A DNA stretch of 64,000 nucleotides from Octopus sinensis (GCF_006345805.1 NC_043009.1:32798001-32862000), one strand, 5' to 3'; counted from the stretch's first letter, positions 40,939 through 54,652 are shown. Notes: generated by a model from the sequence alone, not told the origin. Numbers and translations: made by a program.

Positions 40939-43900
40939 TAAATAATTATATAAATACTGTACATAATTCCTCATCTCTTAAATATAGAACTGTACTAACA
41001 ACGACATCAAAGAAAGAAAATTGTTTCGATAAAACTCGCGTCACCTGTCTTTGTTATTCTTATAAAATATTATTTTCCTGCACCTAACTTTTATTTGCCG
41101 TAAACGATTCAAAACACTCAAACATTCCAAACTACTACACGGAAGAACAGTAATGGTTAACGAGCCGAATGAAGATTAAACTGACGCTTGGGATGTCCAG
41201 GAGGAATAAGTTGCAGATTGGCAACCTCAATGCTAGCAATTTATCAAAGTACCTAGAGTGGTATTTATTGGTTTAGTTAGAGTTAAAGACGATTGAGTAC
41301 CCTGCTTAATAGATACTTCCGAATGGGATTAGAAGATAACAGGCGGTAATTGATGATAGGGATCCAACGGTGCTATGAAACAGAGAAAATCTAAAGAGAG
41401 GAGATGACTTCGTTTACAATTTTCTAGATTTGCCTCTGATCCTAGAATCTAATATTTTTGGTAGGTTGACTGATGTTTTCAATCGGAAAATGGTTCTCAC
41501 ATGTAACAAACTATTTCTTATGCAAACTCACTGAAGTTTCATATGCAAACATACACGATCATACATACAGATATGCATGTTTATAGAAACGCATATACGT
41601 GTATATGCACAAATGTGTGTATATATATATATACAAACACATATATGAATATATGTATATCTATAATCAGACTCATACACACACACACCTATGTATATAT
41701 AGAGAGAGAGTGTATGAGAGAGTTGGTAATGTTTATGTATACAGGTTTACGTGCACAAATATATATGTATGTGTGTGCGTGTGTTTGTGTGCATGTATCT
41801 GTATGTTCGTATGTATGTATGCATGTATGTTTGCAAATATGCGTGCATGTATGTGCGTATGCATGTATGTATATAGTTAAATAGATATTAAAGATAGTCG
41901 TAGAGAAATGCTTACATTTAACGATATTCTGAAATGCCATCTGCCGTACGAAATCTCAGAAAGTTTGTCCTTTAGTAACTAAAACGGAAAAAAGTCAGGT
42001 TCATAAAGTTTGTAAATGCCATTCTCTACATGTTCCTATTGCTTGTTTCCAAAATACCGAACAGACTAATTGTGATAGTATAATTTTCATGTACGAATGA
42101 ATGTGGTCACCAATATCATGAGACCTTTATAGAGCGATGGTTATTTAATCTTGCAACGGATGTTACTGTCAAAAATAGACAGAAATACTGACAAAGCATG
42201 CTATTCATTGAGAATGACATTTAAAACAGAATTATCCAGTAATTTTGTTTTCTAGATTCTTCTTTAGCAATTTCTCATCATCACCAATGAATGTTCCGAC
42301 ATTTTAACGTTGATATCAAATCCCTCGTGGAATTGACAAGATCATCTCGGTTAAATTCATTCAGTTTGCATATAAGCATGTCGAATGTTGAGGGAGGTGG
42401 GGGTGGGGCTGTTTCTTCTTTCCTATTCATATAAAATCATCTTAACGCTGATTTACAACTAGTATCTCCATATTATTTTCATTGTTTGTTTTAAACATCT
42501 TTCTATTACCTTAATAATGCATCTATTCATTCTGAATACATTCTGGAAGATTCAAACTATAATATCTAATCGGCGGCATGGTAGCTTCACTGAGAAAACA
42601 CACAAAGAGAGGTCGAAACATCGCCTCATCTTCAAGTCGCCTTTCACAGTTGAATCGCATGTGTTATGAACATACATGGTCAAAGCGAAAATGTCATCCG
42701 TTGAAGAAAAATGACGTCGATAGCATATTCACGTTCAACTTTGCAGGAATTTAGGTAGAATGAATAAATATTATTGTTCGAATTCTCGCGGTGAGGCGTG
42801 CATCCTGGGAACTTCAATTCTTCCTTAATATTTTCTCTTGTTTTTTTTATGTGTCTTTTTATGTCTGTTAATATAGAATTATTCTATACTATTAATATAG
42901 AATTATAGATTGGACGAAACAGCAAATTTTAGACTTTAGTATGTTAGGTTTTACAATGGCATTACTTTGATTTGAATTCTAAATGTTCCATGTTTCAACA
43001 GGTTATACCATCCACAAAATACAGAAATAAAAGTCTCAATATCGATTTCTCTTTAATCTAGGAAAGATATACCAGATTCTTACTACGGAAAGGTTCATTA
43101 CATTCTCGAAGACATTAAGAATGTAAATAGGATTAAATGATTAAAACTAGGTATTATAGGAAAATTATTTACTTGATTGGAATTTACTTGTTCCTCAAAT
43201 GGAAATTTTCGAAACCACCGCCCACATGTTAGAACCATTAGAGACAATATGGGATAATTAAAATGGCAAACAAGCCTGCAGGTGCAGATATGCCGGAATT
43301 CCTCGAAGAATCCCAAGAGCTATAGTACATTCTGCATATATATTAAACTCAGTGCTAATCAGCCTAGGTTCGGATACAATTGATGGGATATGATAATAGC
43401 GATATTCGTTGTGGATTCGAAACAATATAAAGACTTTCTGCAGAGAGGAAACGGATTTAAAAGATGGTATGATGTTCAGGTTAGTAAAATAAATCTAAAC
43501 AACGCATTTAGGAGGGAAGTTAATTTTAAAAAATAAGCTCTGATGAAGTGTCAGGTGAATAAACAAACACGAGCGAATAAAGCAAGTCACAACCTTGCAA
43601 ATTCTTAAGAATTTATGAACCAGACACATTACAGCATTCACAGATGAGAGGAAAAAAATCGGAATTGTATAGACTCATCTGATTAACATTTAAGGTAGAG
43701 CTAATTGTTAAAAATTTAAACACCAGAGTTAATTGTCAAGAGACGGAACTGATAGTCTAGCTTCTACCAATATAATCTACAGTTATATTAATCTTAGCTG
43801 GATGCAGTGTGAATTAACATAAATAGAAAAATAATAACTATCTTTAGAAGGCATCACACAAAATTTGATGTATAAAGTTTATGTATTTACATATAAACTA

Positions 43901-44825
43901 CAATGAAATATCAGCAATATACTACATGCGTATCATACAGCAGGATACTTGAAAACTACGATAAATAGCTACAAAGCAGGGAAAGGATTATAATTTCTGT
44001 TTTGACGAAGGCCGCCAAAAATCAAACAAAAGCTAACGTGACGGACTATATTGGGGAGAAGGGGGCAAAATAATAAAAAAAACATAAATTGTGAAGAGCC
44101 TTTAGACTATGGCGATACATAATTACTTGATAAAATAACATCAGGAAAAAGACCCCACGGATCCATAAACAGAAAAGAGCAGAAGAAGGGCGAGATACGC
44201 AATTGACACAGTGTGGGGCTGAAATATGAGTCTAAATGATGTATCACTGGAGAAGGCATCAAAAACTACCAGAACTATGAAATGTCGCAGAATACATTAA
44301 GTATCCGTAGAATTTGTGGATGAAGAAGAAACAATTAAGTAGATTGTAGAATGCATCTCCTTGGCGAGTTTCTTTTAAAATCAATATAGAATATAACAGC
44401 AACAATAATGCTGCAGAATGTTCATTCATTCGAAATTATGTAACCTTTATGAAATATCTACCGAAAATAGTAAAGCAATCATATTTGTATGTAATGGCAT
44501 TCATAAGGAGTCAATAATATTCGGCATTGGTTTCAAAGATTAACTGGTGAAAAGTATGTTTTAATCGAAGAGGCAATCCCAAAAGACAATAATTGTGTGT
44601 GTAAAAGAAATGAAGATTGGTTCAAGATGATCTCAAAACAGAGATAGCCATAACATATGAAGTGGAAACTGAAACAAATTGTGTGCTAATAAGCGTCATG
44701 AGAATAAGGAAGAATCGAAAAGCAAGAAAATAACCAAAAGTGTAGGATTTAATTACACATACGTGTACACAATCACGCACACATACGCACACACATATTA
44801 CACACACACACACACATACACACAT

Positions 44826-44899
<74 letters not shown>

Positions 44900-44925
44900 C
44901 ATATGTATGTGTGAGTATGTATGTA

Positions 44926-45825
44926 TAAGAGATATTATCAAAAAGTTCACCGACTAGTTATGTTTAACAAAAAATAACTTATTTACCTAAGTTTTAACAT
45001 CCTCTCCTTCGAAATAGTCACCTTGCGCAGCACTAAACCAGTCTCAGCTTTCCTGCCACTTTGGGAATCCAGCCTGGAAGTCATTTTCCGTAAGCGAGTG
45101 GAGGACATTCTGCAATTCGCTCTGGATCTCGACAAAGGCTTTAAAACAGCGAGCTTTGAGCTGCATTTTCCTCTTGAGGAAAAGATGGAAGGCCACAGGT
45201 ACTAAATCTGGAGAATAGGGCAGGTGTGGAAGCGATACGTTGTTGTTTTTGGTGAGAAACTGGTGTGTGAGGAAAGCTCGGTGACTGGGTGCATTGTCGT
45301 CGTGAAGAATCCAAATCTACGTGCTGCACAGATCTGATCGATTTCGCCGAATGATATCCCTTCGAAATGTCACAGTAGAACACTCGATTGATGGTCTGGC
45401 CCTGCAAAACGAATTCTCGATGTACAATATCACATTTCTGGGAGTGACACTCGTGGCACATCTTCCAAAGTACTCATCGTCTTCCATGAACGTTTTTCCT
45501 CATTTGAAGGACCCGTCTTATTCAAAATATTGCGTACGACCCTTTGTCTCGTCGCCGTCAGCAGACTCTGTAGTAGACTTCTCAAGTTTAACGCAAACTT
45601 TCACGTTGGTGCTTTCTTCCTGTCCGTGACGAAACCGCAGACTATAACATACACGTGATCACAAAGACACAAATTTCACACTTTGCGTAGGAAACACAGC
45701 GATGTCACTCGGCACACTGTCTCGTGAAGGTCACTGCTAGCTTTCTCACTGCACACGCAAGTGCGTGCTGCCATCTATGTGGAACACTATAGAACTAGCC
45801 CGTGAACTTCTTGATACCACCTCGT
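44926..45825 (-). mobile_element. Internally deleted mariner (DD34D-type) transposon with both TIRs
   Basis: TIR-like ends cgaggtggtatcaagaagttcacgggctagt and agagatattatcaaaaagttcaccgactagt. Minus strand encodes DDEYFGRCATSVTPRNV joined to IVHREFVLQGQTIN, then WILHDDNAPSH, PYSPDL and AQGDYFEG. Confidence 0.92.
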
Positions 45826-45903
45826 GTATGTATATATATATATATATATATATGAATAAATAAATAAATGGAGTTGAACGAAGATGTTAATAAAATTCTT
45901 TTA

Positions 45904-45985
45904 CTTTCGTCATATGTTTCGAAGACAACATGGTTTTATTCCAAAGGAATAAACGGTGTAAAATGCAATTTTCTCATCAGGAAAG
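45904..45985 (-). ncRNA. Hammerhead-like motif with U16.1>A substitution (copy 1)
   Basis: ctttc-CTGATGA-[long stem II gaa...ttc containing gtttattcc/ggaataaaac]-GAAAC-ATAT-GAC-gaaag. Stem I is a perfect 5 bp, but the cleavage triplet is GAC rather than GUC. Confidence 0.5.
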
Positions 45986-46204
45986 GAGAGCCTCTCTCAA
46001 CAACAAGACATTATAACAATTACGATGACTGCCTACATGATAAACAGAACGTTTTTAAGTATTTAAAAAGAACCATTTCCATGTTAACGGTAAACATAGG
46101 ATAATTCATTCACCCATTGAAATATATATATATATAATATATATATATATATATGAATAAATAAATAAATGGAGTTGAACGAAGATGTTAATAAAATTCT
46201 TTTA

Positions 46205-46286
46205 CTTTCGTCATATGTTTCGAAGACAACATGGTTTTATTCCAAAGGAATAAACGGTGTAAAATGCAATTTTCTCATCAGGAAAG
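46205..46286 (-). ncRNA. Hammerhead-like motif with U16.1>A substitution (copy 2)
   Basis: Identical to 45904-45985. Confidence 0.5.
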
Positions 46287-46420
46287 GAGAGCCTCTCTCA
46301 ACAACAAGACATTATAACAATTACGATGACTGCCTACATGATAAACAGAACGTTTTTAAGTATTTAAAAAGAACCATTTCCATGTTAACGGTAAACATAG
46401 GATAATTCATTCACCCATTG

Positions 46421-46459
<39 letters not shown>

Positions 46460-46774
46460 CATTTAATACTAAGATATGGACGTAGCATGGAACCTACAAA
46501 AACTTCCAGGACCAGTTATGTGACTATCCTCTACCAATGAAGACCTATTCAAAACATATACTAATTTGAGTCATGAGATCCCTATAAAAATAGGGCAAGC
46601 TTCAAACAGTAGTCAGAAGCAAGACGACTGCAGCTTAAGTTACGTCTTTCTATTTCAGGTTTTTGAGAATCAGTATAAACTGTAAAACATTAAATCTTTA
46701 AATGTAATTTTTTAAAAAATATGTTAACTATTCTCAGTGCATTTTCAACTTCTAGTTTTCCAATGTATATATAT

Positions 46775-46985
46775 ATCACTTTGATCACTTTGACCGACCA
46801 GTCTGTCAGGTGTCTATTTGACACCGCTGGTTCACAGCACGCTGTCCACTCCTCTCTGGATCGCGCCTTTCTCATTCACGTGATCCCAATCGTCCTCTTG
46901 AAATCGTCACTCCGCCGTCGTGGAGGTCTTCCGGGTGGTCTTTTCCGCTCACACGGGTACCACTCGATATCTGCGTGCGTCCACG
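46775..46985 (-). mobile_element. RTE-clade LINE 3' end with (CAAAGTGAT)2 tail
   Basis: Minus strand WTHADIEWYPCERKRPPGRPPRRRSDDFKRTIGIT*MRKARSREEW, matching the RTE C-terminus EWxP...KRPRGRPxxRWxD...ARDREEW. Tandem tail at 46775-46792. Confidence 0.85.
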
Positions 46986-48365
46986 CACGCAGTATATACA
47001 TATATATTATAGTAAACAGCTGTAATTCACACGCACATGTATATTGCGTTGCATACTCCCTGTATTTTAGAAAACAACCAAAGCAAGGTTCTACATGTAG
47101 TCAAAGTGCACAGTTCAGCGCTGATGGCTGCAGTTAAAGCGCACAGTAAATATAAGGCTGATGAATATCTTTTTGCGAATTTAGTTTGGAAAGCAAACAC
47201 ATGACTGACATGACGTAATAGATGGATTTTCCTGAAACTTTTGCAAAGAGCGAAGTGGATGAATCAAGCTTCTTTTCATAAATTACCATATATTCTACGA
47301 TTGTTATTTCACCTAAATCTAAGAGGAATCAGAGAAATAGACTTGAAAGAATAACAATGATAATGAAGTCCATAAATAATTAGTTTTTACCATCAAATTG
47401 AAAATTGCGAAAGCTTCAACTATTCACTGTTCTCAACATTTCTCAGTGCTTTCAAAGAAATTAATCCCTCTTTTCAAAATGTGTCTTTAAGGATCAAAAA
47501 GTTTTCGATCCAATAACAACTCCAATTTTCTGGTATCGATATCAAAATGAAAACTCCAAATTGCCTGTAGATTTGTAATTAGTTGAGGAGAAAGAAAATT
47601 ACAATTCAACAGGAGAATAATACAAACCAATCTTTTGTCAAAATACCTTATGTACTTCAACAATGAATAGGCTTTAGTGCAGTAATCCTCACCAGTATAC
47701 ATTTCCGCATCAAGACCAAACTATTCATTCGGTCACAGAAGCTACATTGAAATATAAACCTAAATAATGCTAGGATAGGCTCTGTCAGGATATTGCATTC
47801 TCTGCGCAATTATTTATAGAATTAAAGAAACGATAAATTAGTCTTCATGGGAATTCGTTTTAATTATATTGATGACAATAAATCAACATTGAGTAATAGG
47901 GAGATGGAGTGCGAATGAGAAAATTTATGCGATTCGACTCTGAATGTGAATCTCTTTCTGATATTGTTACAATAGAAAGCTGAAGAACATGATTTCAATT
48001 GTTTTTTCAGAAATTATAAAGTGGGGCAGGAACGATGTGACTCGTTTTATTGTTCAACTGTTTTAAAAACACACTTTCAGAGATGCGCTGGTTTTTCATA
48101 CGTAACTTCACACGCACGTATAATTATAAACACACGAGCGTAATATGGAGTAAATGGAGTAAGAACACACACGAAAACAAAAAGTGCCGCTGAAGAGGGC
48201 ACAGATGTGTGACCAAAGATTTCTGGACAATGGACATGAATTAAAATAATGAAATACGAACAGTAATAAACGAGTGAAGAAAAAAACATATATAGCGCGT
48301 GTGTTTATTTGACAAAACTAAAACAAAATGACCGTCCCGAAATACAACAATATGTATATACATAC

Positions 48366-48407
<42 letters not shown>

Positions 48408-48837
48408 GACATGATATGAAAACTGACAAAATATTTTCACGTCATGAATGAGAGATCAATGAAATCCATAAGTAAAAGGAGTTGACAAGAGACACTTCTG
48501 ACAGAGCGGTTGAATCTTATTCCTATACCAATTGCGACAAAACTCTCTCCAGGAATGGAGTTTCCCTTGGTATTCGGGCCCATTCTGCGGTTGCAGAGGA
48601 CAGAACGTCTCGTTTTACAGAAGCTACAATGGTGATGATTAAAGATGAGGAGAGAAATATATGAATGTTGGTGTAGGTAGTTTTTAAGACCCGTATTCAT
48701 TGCCTTTCGGATAAATTAAATACCAATGAAACACTGGGGTCAGTGATTTGATATTTATACAACGATGACTGCGACAAAAACTATAACGCATTCAACACCG
48801 ACAACAACTACAATGATAGTCATAACAATAATGATTT

Positions 48838-49045
48838 CAAACTTTTGCCACAAGAGCAGCTTGTGGGGAGGGGATTAGTTCGATTACATCGACACCAGTG
48901 CTTCACTGGTACTTAATTTATCAACCCAGAAAGAATGAAAGACAAAGTCGACTTCGGTGGAATTTGAACTCAGAGAGTAACGACGGGCGAAATACCGCTA
49001 AACATTCCGTCCAGCGTGCTAACGATTCTGCCAGCTCGCTGCCTT
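48838..49045 (-). mobile_element. SINE family A (tail-2-like end)
   Basis: Reverse complement of the family A head and body, ending ctgccagctcgctgcctt. Confidence 0.85.
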
Positions 49046-49789
49046 GTTAGGGGTAACAATAATAACAGTAATTACAACATTAAAATCAACAACAATGGCC
49101 AGTGTGTGAACAACAAAGTATTAACAACAATAACTAATGATAACACTAACAACTACACTAACAATAAGGTCAATCCGAACAACTGTTATGATATTTGATA
49201 ACGTCTCTTGAGTTCTATATTGAAATCAATGAGTAAATCACAACAAAATAATCGAAAACAATAGAAATTAATTGAAATAACTTCAAAACTTTAATTCTAT
49301 TTTCATATCCAACTCTAACTTAAAAAAAAAATAGAACTTCTTTTTGAGAAGTTTTAAAATTAAATTTGCCTTAAGTGGAAGTGTTAACTAGAAAGAATTA
49401 AAAACATAAACAAAAACGAAGAAAAATCAACCCAATTAAAAGATCAATACCGTATATATTGTTAAATATAAAACATGTTTTACCCGATATAGGATTTCAC
49501 TTACACTGCACCGAGTAATCTTTTCCTAACATTACCAACTTGAGATTTTTGGGGGAAAATATTTGTTTTCAGATTAAATGTAGACTTGTTTTTGGTTTCT
49601 ATTTTTTTACCTAACTATATCTAAGTTTATCTCCTTTTTAGGAATACATTCTCAAAAGCTTTCCAGATTAACATACACATCTACACGGCACCAGTCTACT
49701 TCAGCACTTATCTGCGCTTATACATCCGTACATATATACATACATGTGTGTGTGTATGTGTGTGCGTGTATGTCCATGTACACTCTCTC

Positions 49790-49835
<46 letters not shown>

Positions 49836-50499
49836 GAATTTATATATTTGTGTGTGCCTCTTTGTGTGTGCATGACGACGCATACAACATCTTAAGAATG
49901 CATATTGATACAAGTGTCCCATTATCTTCAGTTATACATATAGATACACACACTCTTACGCACAAGACACAGACACATATAAATGTTTGTGCGTGCGTGT
50001 GTTTGTGTATACAAACAAACACATATATGTGTCACAATACGAAATCAATAGAAGAAAATATATTCGAAGATATGTGGAAACGTAAACAAAAATATTGCAA
50101 CACACATCAAACTAGCACAACAATAAGAACCACACAAACAACAACCGAAACGAAGAGAGATAGGAACGAAAGAGATAAGACTGACTCGCTAAATAGAAGT
50201 GAATAAATAAGATAAGAAACACACACTAACAAATGAAGGGAAATATTAATCAGAGTGAAAGAAATTAGAATATAACTTCAAGACGAGAGGAAACATTAAG
50301 AAAATAGCAATAGATTAATGGAACATAAAGATGTTTAGTAAAGAAACAGTGACTATAAATTTATTGAGGTGCCATTGAAAGAAATGGTCGTATATACAGA
50401 CATAGGAATGTAGGAATGTATGTATGCATGCATGCATCTACGTATGTATGTATGAATGTATGTGCGTATATGTATGCATGTGTGTATGTATTTATTCAT

Positions 50500-50534
<35 letters not shown>

Positions 50535-50968
50535 GTATATGTATATATATATATGTATATATATCTATATGCATATATATATGCATATATATATGCATAA
50601 TATATGTGTGTGTATGTATTTATATATCTATCTATCTATATGTGTGTGCGTGTGTGTGTGTGTTTGTAGGTATGTATGTATGTATATTGTGTGTGTGTGC
50701 TCGTATTCTGAGTCTATCTGCGCCGTCACAGCCTCTCGTTGCATGTGTCCGCCTGCAACCTATGGGTATGTCTGCTGTGTAAATATATATTGTTAGTAGA
50801 AAGATATTAGTTCACTGAATGATCTATTAATCTGAGAACATCTTTGAAAAAAACGCATAGTATTTGGTAGATAAGACAGATATTCAAATTTTAATAACTC
50901 AAAGTAACAAAAAAGCATTGAAACATCATGAATTTATGTCATTATTTCATTAACACAAGATGTCTCGC

Positions 50969-51338
50969 AAAGCGGCGAACTGGCAGAAACGTTAGCACGC
51001 CGGGCGAAATGCTTAGCGTTATTTCATCTGTGTATACGTTCTGAATTCAAATTCCACCAAGGTCGACTTTGCCTTTCATCCTTTTGGTGTCGATAAATTA
51101 AGTACCAGTTACGCACTGGGGTCGATATAATCGACTTAATCCATTTGTCTGTCGTTGTTTGTCCTCTCTGTGTTTAGCCCCTTGTGGGTAGTAAAGAAAT
51201 AGGTATTTCGTCTGCCGCTACGTTCTGAGTTCAAATTCCGCCGAAGTCGACTTTGCCTTTCATCCGTTCGGAGTCGATAAATTAAGCACCTCGCCCCTCC
51301 CCAAATAATTCTGGCCTTGTGCCTTGAGTAGAAAGGAA
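50969..51338 (+). mobile_element. Composite SINE A: head-body-tail1-body-tail2
   Basis: A complete monomer runs to ...aaagaaata (51201), then a second body starts ggtatttcgtctgccgctacg, followed by tail 2 (cccctcccc...ggccttgtgccttgagtagaaa). Confidence 0.88.
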
Positions 51339-52447
51339 TACAAGATATCCAAAAAATATTATTTTGTGTTCTCTTACATGTATATCTAATTAAACATTTC
51401 CTTATTATTTCAGAAAAACACTTCTTTATTATTTCAGTTTCCTTATTATTTCAGAAAAACCTTCTTGTATTTCGGTTTTTTTTTTTGCATAAAATGTTTC
51501 CTGTACAAGGCATCATATGGCACAATATTAATTTGATACACAATCGATTCTGTTTCAATACTATGTTGTAAAATACAATGGTTTCTCAGAATATTTTTAA
51601 CGTATAATGAGAATTTGTTTTCTATACACTATCGTCCATTAAACAATGATTTCTATTAAGGATGGTATTCACAATCAATATTTTTCCTTCAAAAAGTCGC
51701 CATACAACGCGCTCTGTGTTATATGATATAACAATTTCCCTATACAAAGCATTTTGTAGGTAATACATTCTGTGAAATAGTACGGTACGCCAGACGATTA
51801 TGTTTGCGAGTTAATGTAAGTATCAAATAATATGGCCAGTCATTCAGAAAGATTTATCAAAAAACTGTATCTTGGGACCCTGTGTATTTTCAAGTCATTG
51901 TACTTCTTAACTGCCATTGCATTGCAAAGCATGCCATTACGGAATATTTGTTTGTAGAATATTAATTTAAATATTCAGCCACATTTTATTAAACCCACCA
52001 CTGAATATACTAATAAGGAAGGAAATTTCATTGCAGTGGAACAATCTTCACAAATAAAAGCAAAGTCTCTCTCAAATTCTATTCCATGATGAAAAAGGGG
52101 GATGACTCATTAATACTGTAAGCTTTGATATTCTCAAAATGTCTTGATGTTCACGAATGGAATGGCTTTGATATAAGTTTGTTCTATCACGTTAATTAAC
52201 AGTAACAAGATTAGACAGAAACTTCGTCTTGCATAAAAAAGATGGTGGTCAATTGGCAGAACGGTTAGAGGGTTAGGGCAAAATGCTTTGATGTATTTGT
52301 TTTGACTCAATCTTGTCTGAGTTCAAGACCCACCTAGGTTAAACTTGAGGGGTTTTGAATTTATTGCAGCTTCTCCAGCATATGAACCGATTCTTGCTCG
52401 CACGCTGTCCCAATCATTTTCTTTTCTTCAGTGACCCACCTGGCTAG

Positions 52448-52506
<59 letters not shown>

Positions 52507-52894
52507 CAATATGTTTCTGTACTAGTGAATAGGCATATCTGTGTGTGTTCTTATCTTTAACCCCAAACAGTGTATTAGCATGTTCTGTAAATGAAAGACA
52601 GCCTAGTAATTCGATAAATAGAAATCGATGAAAAAAGTACAGATTAAAACAATGAAATATAGTACTAAAACATGCAAATTCAATTGGCACCAACGCATTG
52701 TGGGAATGGAAGAAAAACAAATAAGTTGTACATGCGTGTTTCTAGTGACTGCTACTGAGGCTAAATTTGATAAATGATGAGACTAATTCAAAGAAGATTT
52801 AGAATTTAATAACCTTTCCCCGTATCAGATACATTGATTTAATTTAACGCCGTTGTGTAATCTAGAAATTATTACGAAACCTAAAGAGATATCC

Positions 52895-53101
52895 TTTTCT
52901 ACTCTAGGCACAAGGCCGGAAACTTTGGGGGAGGGAGGCGAGTAGTTTTGATCAACCCCTGTACGCAACTGGTACTTAATTTATCGACCCCAAAAGGATG
53001 AAAGGCAAAGTCGACCTCGAGAGAATCTGAACTCAGAAGGTAAGGATAGACGAAATACCGCTAAGCATTTCACCCGGCATGCTAACGTTTCTGCCAGCTC
53101 G
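52895..53101 (-). mobile_element. SINE family A monomer with tail 2
   Basis: ttttctactctaggcacaaggcc...gaaataccgctaagcatttcacccggcatgctaacgtttctgccagctcg. Confidence 0.85.
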
Positions 53102-54652
53102 TTTCTGCCTGTTAAACGCAAAGACATATTCTCAGTCTATAATGTGGATATAGTTCAGATAGAAGTAGTTATTGTTTCATTTATAAATTTTTTTTTTTAG
53201 CTAGATGGGTGAGTGGTCGGTCAGTATTTATAACCATTTACAAGGGTTACGAGCTTGGTGGGAAGAAAATAGAAGATGTTTTAAAATTGAAAACCTATAT
53301 CAAATGCTTGCTACAGAAAGGCGTTCCTTAATGGCACCAAGGTACCAGGTAGAGACGATAAAATGGACAACCTTTTATCCTAAGATCCATAGCTTCATCG
53401 CCATAATCTAGGTATGGACTTACCAGCTTCGTTCTTATTACAGCGGTGTCAAGTAACTGACAAACTAATTTATCAAAAGGCCTCCATTTCACTAATTGGT
53501 ATTGATTTCACAAAATATATGGTGTTTATGTACAAACTGATTCGCTGGTAATGATTTCTAACTAATGTTTGGTATGTTTGTCCTTAATTGGAATCATATT
53601 ATATAAGTTGTCGATAATTTATAAACTGATGTTTTTATTTGTGCACACATTGAATAAAATATACAGATTTTTGATTGGTTATTAATGTAAGGATATTTAT
53701 AATGAATATAGCCCACTTCAGCTGAGCTCAACTAGTTCTTGACAAAGTTTGCTGTGAACTTTTAAAGAATCTTGCCAAAAGCCATCATATGTGCACTGAG
53801 GTCAACTACGGGTAGCGATTTCCACTACCTGAAGCTGAAATAACAATTGTCTTCACCAGCTATTGTCTTATAACAACTTAATTGGTTTTCTCTTCTTATT
53901 GCAAGACATAGTCAATTAAAAGCCTGCTACTTTAACCCCCTATCGTTCCCGATATAGCTTGAATATTCCTATCATTATCACGCCTTCGCCGGCGCTATTT
54001 GCAAACTTAATTATCTTGATACGTTTTATATACAATGTCAAAGATGTTAAGTAACCAAGTATTGGCTACATTGTATCAGTGCAAATTTGTATCATCCACA
54101 GGATGTTTAAAAGGAAATGCACACTGAGCTTGAGCTCGATTTCATGCTTATATCAGCTTTAAAACGATAACACATAATCACACATATACATAGATAGATA
54201 ATTAGAAAGAGAGACAGAGACAGACAGTCAGATAGTCAGACAGCCAGACAGACAGAAATATATATATTTCAGTGTGAAAAAAAACCCCAAGGCTGTGAAG
54301 ATTTTAGAACAATTATAGGAGACGGTGTGAGAAGATGGTTAAGCAATAGTTAATTTAGATAAGATACGCAATAGAGAGTGGAATGGAGGAATGAAAATAG
54401 ATGTGAGATATGCAGAGATATTGCAATTTTAGCTCTATTATTTAGGTAGAATGGTATACATACCTTGTGAGTAAAATCCAATAGTATCTAAAATTGGTCA
54501 TTCCAAGTATAAAGTTTGTAGATATTGCTATTGAATCAAGGGTTTTAAATAACACCTACATAACACTTACTCAGCATTACCTGACACCTTGTGGATCTTA
54601 CTGACACCATAACCTCTAATAACCTCCATTTCTCTCTCTCTCTCTCTCTCTC

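Larger units (their letters stand above)
45853..46423. repeat. Exact tandem duplication of a 270-bp unit (period 301 bp) separated and flanked by (TA)n; unit resembles a PLE terminal repeat
   Basis: 45853-46122 equals 46154-46423 (identical ORF translations). The minus strand has a degenerate LCL...LN.KRS...SCR..HRN PLE-like ORF end followed by a hammerhead-like motif. Confidence 0.9.

Noticed and set aside
43515-43565. CTGATGA-a-gtgt...acac-gagcg hammerhead-like motif
   Set aside because: Stem II is plausible, but GAAAC and the cleavage site are missing.
43800-44600. Possible PLE RT remnant (PRIHK)
   Set aside because: One short motif only, and the other RT motifs could not be found.
48186-48225. 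CTGAAGA-gggcaca/tgtgacc-aaag hammerhead-like motif
   Set aside because: G12 is missing and there is no stem I or III.
53201-53208. 8-nt micro-exon between a poly-T acceptor and gtgagt
   Set aside because: Expected by chance next to a poly-T run, with no independent support.
53424-53456. 33-nt minus-strand exon (LLDTAVIRTKL) with donor CTG|gtaagt
   Set aside because: The acceptor is weak and there are no partner exons. It cannot be distinguished from chance.
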